DNA of 64,000 bases from contig OZ024763.1 in NCBI GenBank assembly GCA_964016885.1, positions 9,486,001 to 9,550,000 on the forward strand, written 5' to 3'. Positions 11,901 to 23,499 of the stretch are shown here, in pieces. This DNA is from Eledone cirrhosa (Eukaryota). The position numbers and the translations under genes were made by a program. The notes under the pieces were generated by a model. It was not told where the DNA came from and made no database searches. It worked only from the letters and a program-made list of their open reading frames with translations. Position 1 is the stretch's first letter; each line of letters begins with the position of its first letter.

Positions 11901-12559
11901 GTTGTGGTGGTTATTGTTTTTGGTGGTGGTGGTAGTACTTTTGTAAGTGGGAGTATTGGTCGTGGTGGTGGTGGTGGTACTTTTGTAAGTGGTGTATTGG
12001 TGGTGGTACTTTTGTAAGTGGGGGTATTGGTGGTGGTGTTATTGCTGTTGCTGTTGTTGTTACTATTACTACAATTTGAACTTAGAACTAGATACATTTC
12101 AGACAAGTCCCTACATGTATATTTAGGATGAAGGAAGACTGTGAGAGAATTACTTCTAACTAAATAAATAAATTAAAAATTTTAAAAAGCAAGACCATGT
12201 TGAGACATGACTTCTTTAACAAAAAATTAAAACACCAAATAAAAAATAATAATGGTTTCTGATTTAGGTACAAGGCCAACAATGGGGGGGGGGGGGACAA
12301 TTAAATCGATCCCAGTGCATTACTGGTACTTTATTTTATCAACCCCTGTAAGGATGAAAGGCAAAGTTAACCTCAGCAGGATTTGAACATAAAGAGCCAT
12401 AAATATATACCACTAAGCATGTTGTCTGATGCTCTACCGATACTGCCAATCCACTGCCACAATAATAATTATAATAATAATAATTTCTGATTTAGGCACA
12501 AGGCCAGGAATTTTAGGAAAGGGGAAATATGGGTATAGATGTCAAGGTAAAGAAAAACA

Positions 12560-14556
12560 ATAAGGGAGGCCAAAAAAAAAAGCCAATGTTGGAAAGATAT
12601 TTTCTGTCTTAGTCTGAAAATAGAAAGGGGAGCTTAGAAATAGAAAAAAAAAAAAAATACAGAGTACTGGAAAGAAAAGTCTTAAAAGTAGTAATGGAGG
12701 AATTCAAGCAACGTGTCATAGCAAAAAAAAAGCAAAGATAGTTAGATACAAACAAAGAATAAAACAATATCATCAAAATAGACTATTTAGAGCAGACAAA
12801 AAGAGATTTTACTGAGAAATAAATGGAGAGTGTTCAGATGAAGTGATTATACCGGATAACATTGAAAGTCATAAGTTTTGGAGTGACATTTGGAGTAAAG
12901 AGAAGGAGCACAATAAGGACGCTGAATGATTAGAAGAACTTAAACACAACAGTTTGCCCACAACAGGCAGAACTAGTCATTTCAGCTAGGGACTTGAAGG
13001 AAGCCAGAAAAAAGATGAACTACTGGAAGTCTCTGGGACTAGATGGAGTTCAAGGCTACTGGATCAAAAGATTTAGTCAATGCCATGAACGAATAATTGA
13101 ACAACTCAACACATTGCTAAATACTGATCAAGTGATACCGGAGTGGATGACAAATGGAAGGACAGTTTTGTGCTTAAAAGATATCACTAATGGGAATGTG
13201 GTAGACAACTACAGACCTATAACATGCCTACTACGTATGTGGGAATTATTGACTGGAATAATTGCGTAAGTGCAGAGGTACAAAGGACCAGCTTTTGATA
13301 AATAAAACTATACTTAAAGATAGCAAGAGGAGGAAAAACCCACTTGACCATGGTGTGGATCGATTACCGCAAAGCTTTTGACATGATTCCACACTCTTAG
13401 ATTATGGAATGCCTTGACTTATTTGGTATTGCATCAAATGTTGAGTGATTCTTAAGGAAAAGTATGAAAGAGTGGAAGACTGAAGTAACAGCATATGGAA
13501 GAGATTTAGGAACAATAGAAATCAAAAGAGGTATATTCCAAGGGGACAGTTTGTTACCACTGATGTTTATTCTGTGCATGATACCATTGACAATGATCTT
13601 GAGAAAAGCTAAGGCTGGGTATGAATTCAAAGGTCACCAGCAAAAAATCAACCACTTATTCATGGACGACTTCAAGCTTTATGCTAAGAATGAATCCCAG
13701 CTTCATTCCCTCGTTGATACGGTATATACTTTTAGTACTGACATCAGAATGGAGTTAGGATTAAAAAAATGTGGTTTGTTAATCTTGAACAGAGGCAAAA
13801 TTAAAAGCATAGAAGGGTTGGTGCTGCCACCAGGAAAGGCTATGAAGCAAATAGGAGAGGAAGTTTATAAGTACTTAGGGATATTGGAAGTTGATAAGAT
13901 AATGCAAGAGGAAATAAAAGAAATATTTAAGGTGGAACACATGGAATACATCAAGTTGAAACTGAATGGACGGAATAAGATGGGTGCTATCACTCCTTAG
14001 ATATGAGGTGGGGTGATCTCGTAGACAGTGGAAGAGCTAAACAGTTTAGACTGAAAGACAAGAAAGATATTGACGAGATATGACGTATTTCACTCAAAGA
14101 GCGACACAGACATATATGTACCAAGAAAAAGAAGAGGAAAAGTACTGATGGGGTGCAAAGAAAGCATTAGAACAGAAAAAAATAACATGGCATGGTACAT
14201 AAAAAATCTCACAGAACTGCTGTTGCTGGAAGTAAGAAGGTCAGGGATGAGCAAAATAGGAGATTGTAAAGAAAAAACAGTACAAGCATTTGAAGACGTA
14301 TGAAACTGAAAGTAGATGGACAGAAAAAAGAATGTATGGACAATTCTATAGAGATGTTGAAGATAGGATAGACAGAGAAAAAAGTTGATTATGGATGACT
14401 AAAAGTGATCTAAAACCAGAAACAGAAGCCTTAATCTATGTTGCTCAAGAACAACACTAAGGACTAACTACATCAAGCATAGAGTAGACCACACAGCAGA
14501 AAGTGAAAAGCGTAGAATTTGTGGCATGAATGGAGAAACTGTATGGCATATTATCG
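12560..14556 (+). mobile_element. R4/Dong-clade LINE, degenerate reverse transcriptase region
   Basis: WKSLGLDGVQGYWIK..NYRPITCL..WIDYRKAFD..GIFQGDSLLPLMF..INHLFMDDFKLYAKNE..GLKKCG..YKYLGILE..LKPETEALIYVAQEQ, with many stops and frameshifts. Confidence 0.9.
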
Positions 14557-16159
14557 ATAAAATAAAGCACCAGTAATGCACTAGGGTCAATTTAATTGAC
14601 TTTCCCCTCCCAATAATAACAATTTCTAGCACTGGTACAAGGCTAGCAATTATATCGACCCAGTATTTCACTGGTACTTTATCAACTCCCCCTGCCCCAG
14701 AAGAATGAAAGGCAAAGACATCAGAAAGATTTGAACACAGAATATAATGAACTGTAACTAAATACCACAAACCATTTTGTCTGACGCTCAAACAATTCTG
14801 ATAAATCTACTGTCCTGAAAACAACAACCATTTCTAATGATAGACAATGAAAATTACCAAATTACATGTTAACCGTTTTAATGAAAAAAAAAAAAGCTCT
14901 AAGTTGGATGGATAGGGTAATGGAATTTTATAGCTGTCATAGAATAAAGTGTGAACACATTGTGTGCTTAGGGCATTAACAATGAAAAAGTAACTTTAGT
15001 AATTCCCTCCAAATTCTTCATTAATTAATTCAAATATACACTTTGAAATGTTTGTATTGCAGAACCAGAGGTGGTTCAGGTAGTTTGGTAACAAAAGGGT
15101 TTTGGTATTTGGAATAAAACTTAACAAAGGTTCTTACATGAAATTATGATGGAAGGGTTTTAGATAAATATAGACACTTTAAAATAAAGTTTTGTATCAT
15201 CGGACTAGGGGTGGTTTCTGGTGGGTGGGTGTCAAATGGGTTAAATTGAAGAACGGCAAATGGTAAGATATTTTTCTAGACTCTAGGGGCATTAGCAAAA
15301 TTAGTGAAGTAGTTTCAATCTTTAGACTCTTGGCTTGTTGCCAACCAATAGCTGTACAACTTTAAATATAAAGGTCTCTCTTTCTCTTTGTTTCCTCTTC
15401 TCTCTTTTTCTCACACACACACTTTCATTCTTTCTCCATCTTTCACCCCTCTCTCTCATACACATGTACACACTCTCACGCACACAGAAGCCCACATGGT
15501 GTGGGGCTTATATAGAAGTAATGCTTAGTCCCAGTTCTATGGTGTTCCATGGATAAAAGATCAAATTTCATCTTGAATACCAACTTGTACATTGATAACA
15601 TTCCTGAAACATCTCCTTAAACCGCCCCCCTCAACCCCAGGAATGTATAAAAACAATTAATTAAATAGAATATAAAATAAATATGTGTAGAGAGGGACAA
15701 ACTTGATTAGGGATCACCAAACTTTTTAAACTATCGATCCCTTTCATGGACTCCTTATATAATTAGATAGCCGTCCCAGTCAATTTTAAGCAATCAATAT
15801 TATCCTACACGTAGCTATGTAACATTACCAAACTGACATTTCCAAATTTGTTTAAACCACCAATCCCTTTCATGGAATCCTTGACTCTTTATCGACCCCA
15901 GGCATAAATAACTCAGTAAACAAAATATAAAATATGTGTAGTTAAAGATAAACTAGATTAGGGAAACCCACATTTTAAAACCAATGACCTTTTCATGGAA
16001 TCCTTGACCTACCACCATCACCATATTGGCCGTGGGCATATATGAACAGATAGAGTATAGAGTGTAAAAGAGTTTTGGCATCAAGCTATAATTGCCTCAA
16101 AATATCTCATCCATCCCATGCCAGCATGAAAAAGTTTACGTAAAATCAATGATGACGAT

Positions 16160-16345
16160 GTTTTTTTCCAATTCCACCCAGCCCATCCCTTCAATCTATC
16201 TTATTTCTCATTCTTTCTTCTGATGAAGGGCTAGTGTCTGAAACGTTAAGACCCGCTTCCTGCTATTTCAAGCGTTAACCTAATATATTCCTTCCATATA
16301 CTGTACCGATTGTGTTGTTATTTCTGTTTTCCTTTTACATACATA
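16160..16345 (+). mobile_element. Short non-coding repeat (family A) carrying a minimal hammerhead-like motif; Penelope pseudo-LTR / retrozyme-like
   Basis: TCTT-CTGATGA-A-GGGC-TAGT-GTCT-GAAA-CGT-T-AAGA at 16216-16251. Homologous copies at 50945-51155(+) and 51378-51610(-); more diverged ones at 25315-25480(-), 30380-30510(+) and 18850-18985(-). Confidence 0.65.
16216..16251 (+). ncRNA. Minimal type I hammerhead ribozyme-like motif
   Basis: Intact core CTGATGA and GAAA. Stem I TCTT/AAGA, stem II GGGC/GTCT, palindromic ACGT stem III, GUU cleavage triplet. Confidence 0.65.
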
Positions 16346-16354
16346 TATATAATG

Positions 16355-18445
16355 AGACAATCACTTGATCACCTATAGATCAGGGGAAGACGCCAGCCAG
16401 ACAGATTATATCCTTACTAGAAGACGTGACAGAGTGTCTGTTGTAAACACTAAGTCCCTCCTTCGTGAAGAATGTGCCTCCCAACATAGCCTAATAGTTA
16501 GTGACCTCATAATCAGGAACAGATGTACTCAACGACAGAGGAGGACTACTTTTAGGAGAAGAATATGGAAGTTGAAGGAGCCCACAGCCAGTAGCAAATT
16601 TAAAAGCATATTTCTTGATGCTTTTGACAGTAAGGAAGAGCAATTAGAGACGTACGATATAGAGGACCAGTGGGAATTCTTGAAAGTTAACCTGCTGAAG
16701 GCAACAGATGAAATCTGTGGCTGGAGCAGACCTATAGGCAGGAGGAGAGTAACTTGGTGGTGGAACAGTAAGGTGGGGGAGACAATCAAGGCTAAAAAGC
16801 AGGCTTGGAAAGTATGGCAGGATGGGGGAAGTAGAGAACACTATCAAATGACCAGGAGACAAGCTAGACAAGTGTACGTTGCAAGAAGGGAAGCAGAGGA
16901 TAGAAAGTTCAAGCATGTTCTACAACGCGAGGACCAAAAACGTGAGGTGTTCAGGATTGCAAGACAATGTGTCAAGGGAAACCGTGATAATGCCGGGGAG
17001 AAGTGTGTTTGTAATGATGATGGTGCACTTGCCCTCACTGATACTGATAAGAAGGTAGCTTGGAAGTGTCACTATGAGAGGCTACTAAATGAGGAGAATA
17101 ATGGGACAAAGATAGTCTGCTCCACATCGATCCAATAGAAGGACCAGCAGTGCAAGTTAATGGTAGTATAATAAGTAAGGCAATCAAAGATATGAAGACA
17201 GGCAAGGGAGCTGGGCCTTCGGAGATAGTTGCTGAGATGTTGAAAGCATCGGGAAGGGTGGGACATACTATGGTCACCCGGATAGTAAACCAAATAATAC
17301 AGAACGGGGTCATACCAACAGACTGGCCTAGCAGCAGCATCGTTAACGGAGAAGCTCTAGATAGGAGAAACTATAGGCATTAAGTTAGTTGACGAGGTCA
17401 TGAAGGTCACAGAAAGAGTTATAGCACAACTAATCAGAGAACGAATTGATCCAAATGAAATACAGTTTGGGTTTGTGTCAGGTAAAAGTACCACAGACGC
17501 TCTTTTCCTTGTACGACAACTACAGGAGAAGTACCTAGCTAAAAGTAAACCCCTCTACTTAGCTTTTGTTGACTTGGAGAAAACCTTTGACAGAGTCTCC
17601 CGTGCCATTATCTGGTGGGCTCTTAGAAAACTAGGTGTAGATAAATGGCTTGTGAGAGCTATACAAGATGTATAAAGAAACAGTCAGCAAGGTTAGAATT
17701 AACAATGAATACAGTGAAAAATTTAGCGTATAAGTTGGTGTTCATCAAGGCTCTGTCCTTAGCCTCCTCCTGTTTATTATTGCCCTTCAGGCTATAATAG
17801 AGGAGTTCAAGACCGGCTGCCCATGGGAACTTCTATATGCAGATGATATAACTCTCATAGCTGAATCTATGGCTGAACTAGAAAAGAAATTGCCAACATG
17901 GAAGCATGGCCTAGAATCAAAAGGCTTTAAAGTTAACTTGTCTAAGACTAAAGTTCTAGTATGTAGAAAGGAAAATAGGACACAGGTACCCTTTGGGAAA
18001 TGGCCATGCTCAGTGGGTAGGAAAAGAGTAGGTAGAAATTCCATTCTATGCCCCAAATGCAAACTATGGGTACATAAAAGATGTAGTGGGATCACAGGTA
18101 AGCTATCTAAGAACGTAGATTTTATATGTAGCCGATGCTCAGGTGCAATAATTAGCGAGTGCCCACAGGATACTAGCTCCTTCTATTGCCCAGATGGTTC
18201 TATAGAAATAGTGGACACTTTCCGTTACCTGGGTGACAATATCAGCAGTGGTGGAGAGTGTTCTGAAAGTACAGGAGTCAGATTCAGAACAGGATGGAAA
18301 AAGTTCAGAGAGCTTATACCGCTGTTGGCCACTAAAAGTTTCTCTCTAAAAATGAAAGGCAGACTGTATGATGCCTGCATACGAACGGCAATGTTACATG
18401 GCAGTGAGACTTGGGCATTGTGTGCAGAGGATATACGCAGACCAA
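16355..18445 (+). mobile_element. RTE-clade LINE ORF2 (end of APE, RT, PHD-like finger), degenerate
   Basis: ITYRSGEDASQTDYIL..SQHSLIVSDL (APE end); QFGFVSGKSTTDALF..LAFVDLEKTFDRV; GVHQGSVLS; LLYADD; CPKCKLWVHKRC. Confidence 0.92.
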
Positions 18446-18790
18446 ACATACACTCCAACCCACTACCCCTACTCTATCCTTCCACTCCTGCAAACACCAC
18501 CCCTTTCTCTATAAAGTTATGTTGGTACCACAACATTCAGTCCAAACTAATGAGGTCGTGTAGGTGTCACGACAAAAAAAAAACTCACAGTCCACGCTGT
18601 AATGTGACTGTGTAGGTAACACGGTAAAAACCTCCCAGTCTGCACTGTAAATGTGGTTAGGAAGGGCATCCAGCCATAGAAAACCTTCCAGATAGTCCTA
18701 AACGAGTGAGACATGGTCACCCGACCAATCTTGCCTCTAGTGGGACAATTCCCGTCTAACCCATGCTAGCGTGGAAGATAGACATTAAAC

Positions 18791-18821
<31 letters not shown>

Positions 18822-18935
18822 ATATATATATATATATTATATAGTTGAGACAAAAAACAAAAAAAACAACATGGAAGGGAAGAGGCAGTACAAATGTTAA
18901 TATTAGTTTCACACTTGAGAGTAGGGAGTGGGGGA

Positions 18936-18965
18936 CGACGTTTCGGGCGTAAGCCCTTCATCAGG
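18936..18965 (-). ncRNA. Minimal hammerhead ribozyme-like motif
   Basis: Minus strand: CTGATGA-A-GGGC-TTAC-GCCC-GAAA-CGT-C. Perfect stem II, palindromic stem III, GUC triplet; stem I is weak. Confidence 0.6.
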
Positions 18966-19276
18966 AGAAAAGTGGGCAGGAAAAGAGTATATGTATGCTG
19001 GGTGCACAAGCATTAGGATGTGTGTTTTCCTGCCAGCGGCATATCAAATATATCGATTTTCATCTGAGGAAACCGTTCTCATAATCAACAGCAAATGCAT
19101 GAAGGACATCTCGATTGCATGAAGAACCTTAGAAATAATTATTATGATTAAACAATATATGTAACCTCAGCATCTTATTTTATTATTTTTATAAAATTCT
19201 CCATCGTAACTAAAACAACGATTGTTGAGAGCTTTCTCCTGCTTACTCCTGTTTTTACCAAGACAATCTTTTCCGA

Positions 19277-19340
<64 letters not shown>

Positions 19341-19449
19341 AAAGTGGGTGTGGTAAGATACCAGGTGGACCAGTTTGGATCTAGCTGTCAAAATGGCCGG
19401 AGCTCAGCCGTCGGGGTCCTGACACTTATCCTATATATATATGTATATG

Positions 19450-19660
19450 GTGAGTCCCGGGTCCAATCGGGGGTAACCACAGTAAGTAAGGTACTCAATA
19501 CATTAGTAGATTGTATACAACAAATTTAATCTAGAAATGGCTTCTACAAGACTAGAACTGTTTCATTCGAAGGATCTCATCAGGAAAGCAAATTGGCATA
19601 TTAATACAGTGGTATTTGTATGTTTTCTGGTGGTTGGGGAAGCTGGTGATTTTGAGGATG
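19450..19660 (-). mobile_element. Short non-coding repeat (family B, about 200 bp) with a hammerhead-like motif
   Basis: Minus 19589-19540: GCTTTC-CTGATGA-GATCCTTCGAAT-GAAA-CAG-TTCTAGTC-TTG-TA-GAAGC. Homologs at 51172-51342(+) and 54670-54785(-). Confidence 0.6.
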
Positions 19661-19989
19661 GATAGAGTTCATTGGCTGAGGGATTTTTAGAAATATACAA
19701 TAATACAATGACACAAACAAAAGGCAACGTTCATATTCACACTTAAATACACGGGGAGGACGATATTTGTTCGCAATTTTCAACTGCTAAGTTTATGCAA
19801 ATTTTTTTAACTTCTGTTGTCACTCTTGTCTTCATAAAAACAGTGACTATATTTCTATTATTTATTTTCAGAATAATTGATTATGAATAATTTTGAACCT
19901 CCAAATTTGTGGAAGTGACACGGAGTTCTTCTTGGAATCCGCGCCAGGAGGACAAATAAGGAAATTTCAGACTTTCTCAGCATTAGCAG

Positions 19990-20176
19990 GAGAATGGTGT
20001 CTCATCCAAAGACCTGCCCAGAGTCATGCAAAGTTTCCAGTGACAACATTGGTCTTAGGTGTCGTCAGTAGTCAAGGTGACATCATGCCACCTCACTTCT
20101 TCCCTGAGGGCCTCAAGCTGAACACCGATGGCTACATCCGCGTTCTGAGCGCAGTAGTAAAGCCCTGGATCGACCA
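19990..20176 (+). mobile_element. Tc1/mariner (maT/DD37D-like) transposase fragment
   Basis: KFPVTTLVLGVVSSQGDIMPPHFFPEGLKLNTDGYIRVLSAVVKPWID resembles the DDD catalytic region of maT-type transposases. It ends at a SINE fragment. Confidence 0.75.
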
Positions 20177-20934
20177 ATGTGAAATAAAGTGTCTTGCAAC
20201 ACACTGCCCGGTCTGAAACAATGTTTTTCCTAATGTTGAACCAAAGTGTGAAAAAGAAATAAACAAAAATATATGAAATTGAAATAGCGACCAAGGGGCT
20301 AATAACTTAACCTTAACTGAACCATTTCATCCTCATAACACCACTAGGCCTGCTCCTGAACCTAAAATAACCTGTAATATCTCTCAAATGTTGACATTGT
20401 CAAGATTTCTATTGTTTTTAGATCAATCGCTTGTACATTTTATTGATTGATTTGCTGTGAAGAGTGAAAATAAACAAATTTATTTTCTTTATTTTTTTTA
20501 ATCGTGTGTAAATAAAATAGCAAGAATCGCTTACAAGAATACATTAACCCTTTTTAGGTCAAAGCACCTGAAATTGCCCCTAATTCTACGATATTAACTT
20601 TTGACATTCTGTACCACAGGAAACCACGGTAGCAAGACATTGAAAAAATACAACAAATTTTCTGTCCACCAAATCTGTCCACTAGTAAAGATACTATAAA
20701 TATTTAAAATAACAAAGCACAAGAGACCACATTAGCAAGATATTCTTGAAAAATATAAAACAGTACTATGACTACATCGCATTAAAAATTAAATTCTTTA
20801 CTTTACTCTAATCCTGCAAATTTTCACAATGATCTGTCCACTAGTAAAGATACTGTAAACATTTGAATTAGTAAACCCATATTTAGATATTTTCTATTAA
20901 AGCATTACAGAATGTTAAGTGTTAAGCTGTTTAT

Positions 20935-22326
20935 TTCAAAGCATTTATTTTTATCTAAAAAAAAAACATTCCAGCATAATTTTATATAAGAAACTTAACA
21001 AAGTTCTACTAAAAGACATTGTCTATGATTTTCAGATAATTTTGAAAAAATGAAGAATTTTAGTAAAAAACTGAATTTCTCATTTTTAAGCTGCTGTTTG
21101 GAATAAAGGTTCTTACATAAAATGATGATGGAAAGTTTAAACACTTTAACCCTTTCATTACCCTAGCCATAGCTAATAATTTTTAAACAATTTTGAAAAT
21201 AATCAAGAATTTAGAAGGATTAAGTAATATAAGTAACTTTCTCAATATCAAGCTGGTGTTTGAAACATAACTTAACAAAGTTTCTAAGATAAAATTATAA
21301 TTGTTTCTACTTTTTGGCACAAGGCCAGCAATTACCCAGTACATTACTGGTACTTTATTTTATCGACCCCGTAAGGATGAAAGGCAAAGTTAACCTCGGT
21401 GGGATTTGAACTCAGATCATAAAGGGACATAACTATGCTAGAAAGCATGGCGTCTGACCCTCTGCCTAAGATAAAATTATAATGGAAGGTTTTTAGAGAA
21501 ATATAAGCACTTAAAAATACCCCACTATTTGTATGATGGATCAGGGCAGTTTGGAATGAAAATGGTGAAGTAATATTCTAGAAAAAAATCTTGATTATTT
21601 TCAAAAGTCAACTGAAATATGCGTCTGATTATAAATAAGGTAATGAAAGTTTTAACAAAGTACTGAGGAGACAAGTTAATTTTTTTAGATTTCACTGCAA
21701 CAATTCATAAGCAAATATCAAATTTATGATACAAAAACCTAAAATTCTATACATCTATCTCCTCCTCACCATCCTTCTCCTTTTATGATGGGTTGAAACC
21801 TGGAAGTACTGCAATACTAGACAAAGAGGTAAGCAAGCCCCTAATGCTCCACCTAGATCTAAAAATTAGTTTAACCCTTTCATTACTCTATTTCAATTAA
21901 TTAATGAAAATTTTTTAGGAGTTTACTAAAATTATGAATTATTTCATGACTAAGATAGTAATTCAACATGTGTTTCTTACATAAAATTATGTTGGAAGAT
22001 ATTAATTAAACTATTTTGTGACCATATTTCTAACCAAACTCTCTCTATTTCAATCAGCTAGTGAAAAATGTTGAGGAATTTACTAAAATTATTATTTATT
22101 TTATTACCAAAATAGTAACTTAATATATGGTTGTTTTATAAAATTATCTCAAGATGATTTTCAATAGGAAATCTTTAAACATGAGTGATTTTTTTTGTTT
22201 CATAGAATCAAACATGAATTTGGCTAAGTTGGTTTCAAAAGAGTTAACAAAGAATTTTGAGAGATTCACTAAAATTATTATTCATAGAACCAGAGTAGGT
22301 TTGGGGTTGGTAACAAGAGGGTTTAA
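20935..22326. repeat. Cluster of AT-rich MITE-like repeats with TTAA-CCCTTTCATTAC ends (piggyBac-like)
   Basis: Ends ttaaccctttcattac (about 21146 and 21872) and ggtaacaagagggtttaa (about 22310). The same family occurs at about 6950-7190, 14870-15245, 38170-38495, 44770-44975 and 61340-61870. Confidence 0.5.
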
Positions 22327-22361
22327 AATCAGTGGCTCCATTTAAGGATCATATCTGTGTG

Positions 22362-22416
22362 TCAGATATTAAGCTGATAAGAACAGATACTACACTTTGA
22401 TCTTAGCCAAACAGCC
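22362..22416 (-). pseudogene. RNU2: U2 snRNA 5' fragment (pseudogene)
   Basis: Minus strand GGCTGTTTGGCTAAGATCAAAGTGTAGTATCTGTTCTTATCAGCTTAATATCTGA matches the conserved U2 5' region, including the branch-point recognition sequence GTAGTA. No Sm site or 3' half follows. Confidence 0.9.
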
Positions 22417-22529
22417 CTGATGTATAGAAATACCAGGTGTAAAAGCACCTATAGCACACACACACCTATTCATATACACACATAGATACAGACAGGCACA
22501 AACACACATATATATACACACATACATTT

Positions 22530-22825
22530 TCTTCTTCTTCACCCACTTATTCTTGAGAGGATCGTGGAAGCAGAGTCCTTAAACACTCCCTCCAGCAAAT
22601 CCTGTCAGAACCATCTCCAACTGATCCAGCTGGATCCCCCAAGCGAGACCAGCCAAGCTCATGGATGTTATTCAACCATCTTGCTCGGCGTCTACCCCTG
22701 GGTCTCCTACTCGCTGGTTTTGCCCGTAAAATCTATCCAGCGATTCTTTCCTCTGACATTCAAACCACATGCCCATAGTATTGTGATCTCTCAATTCTGA
22801 GAAGTAGCGGTTCTACACTCACACT
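22530..22825 (-). mobile_element. RTE-type LINE 3' fragment with (GAA)n tail
   Basis: Minus frame gives LWACGLNVRGK..RRPRGRRRARWLNNI; ends in GAAGAAGAAG. Confidence 0.55.
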
Positions 22826-22894
22826 CATGTACAAAACCACATATATATACACATAAGCACATACCAACACAACTCACACATATGGTTATATGTA

Positions 22895-23360
22895 CAGTAA
22901 GTCCCCACCTTATGAACTTCCATAGGTATGAACAGTCTCATGAAGAAAAAAGAATGTTGTCTAAGTTTGAAATTCGTGGCATGGGTTTATTTTTGTGGGC
23001 TCTTTTGAGCCCTGGGTTTCTTCTTTTGGAGCATAAAAAAAGATTTCCTTCTTTTGCAGCATAAAAAGAATCTGAAATCGTACCTACAGTATAGGATACC
23101 ATTCTGCTTTCGCAGAATGGAAGAAGTACTTTTTTCTTTAACAATTTATTGTCATTAGCTCTACAGTATTTTAATTTATTATTACGTGTTATATATACCT
23201 CTATATACTATATATGTATATCACTGATATGGAAACCTGCAGCATCAATGTAACATATATGGGCTTACTGGTACATACTGTGTTAGACAATCAACTTACA
23301 AACAAATCAACTAACAAACGGCCTCTTGGAATGTAACTTGTTCGTAGGTTGTACAAACTG
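22895..23360. mobile_element. Possible Tigger/pogo-like MITE relic
   Basis: TA-flanked imperfect TIRs: CAGTAAGTCCCCACCTTATGAAC ... GTTCGTAGGTTGTACAAACTG. Confidence 0.4.
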
Positions 23361-23499
23361 TACATATTTTAATATATTTATCATTAACCACAGCATTAAA
23401 GCCCCACCTCCCCACATTCAAATAATTATAAATAGAAGAGTAAATCAGGTAACATAAAATAAATATGTGGTAACATATATATTGTAAATTAACAGGCAA

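Noticed and set aside
19167-19275. Possible Penelope RT fragment (ALNNRCFSYDGEFYK)
   Set aside because: Too short and lacking the following QxxGxxMG motif; cannot be supported without a search.
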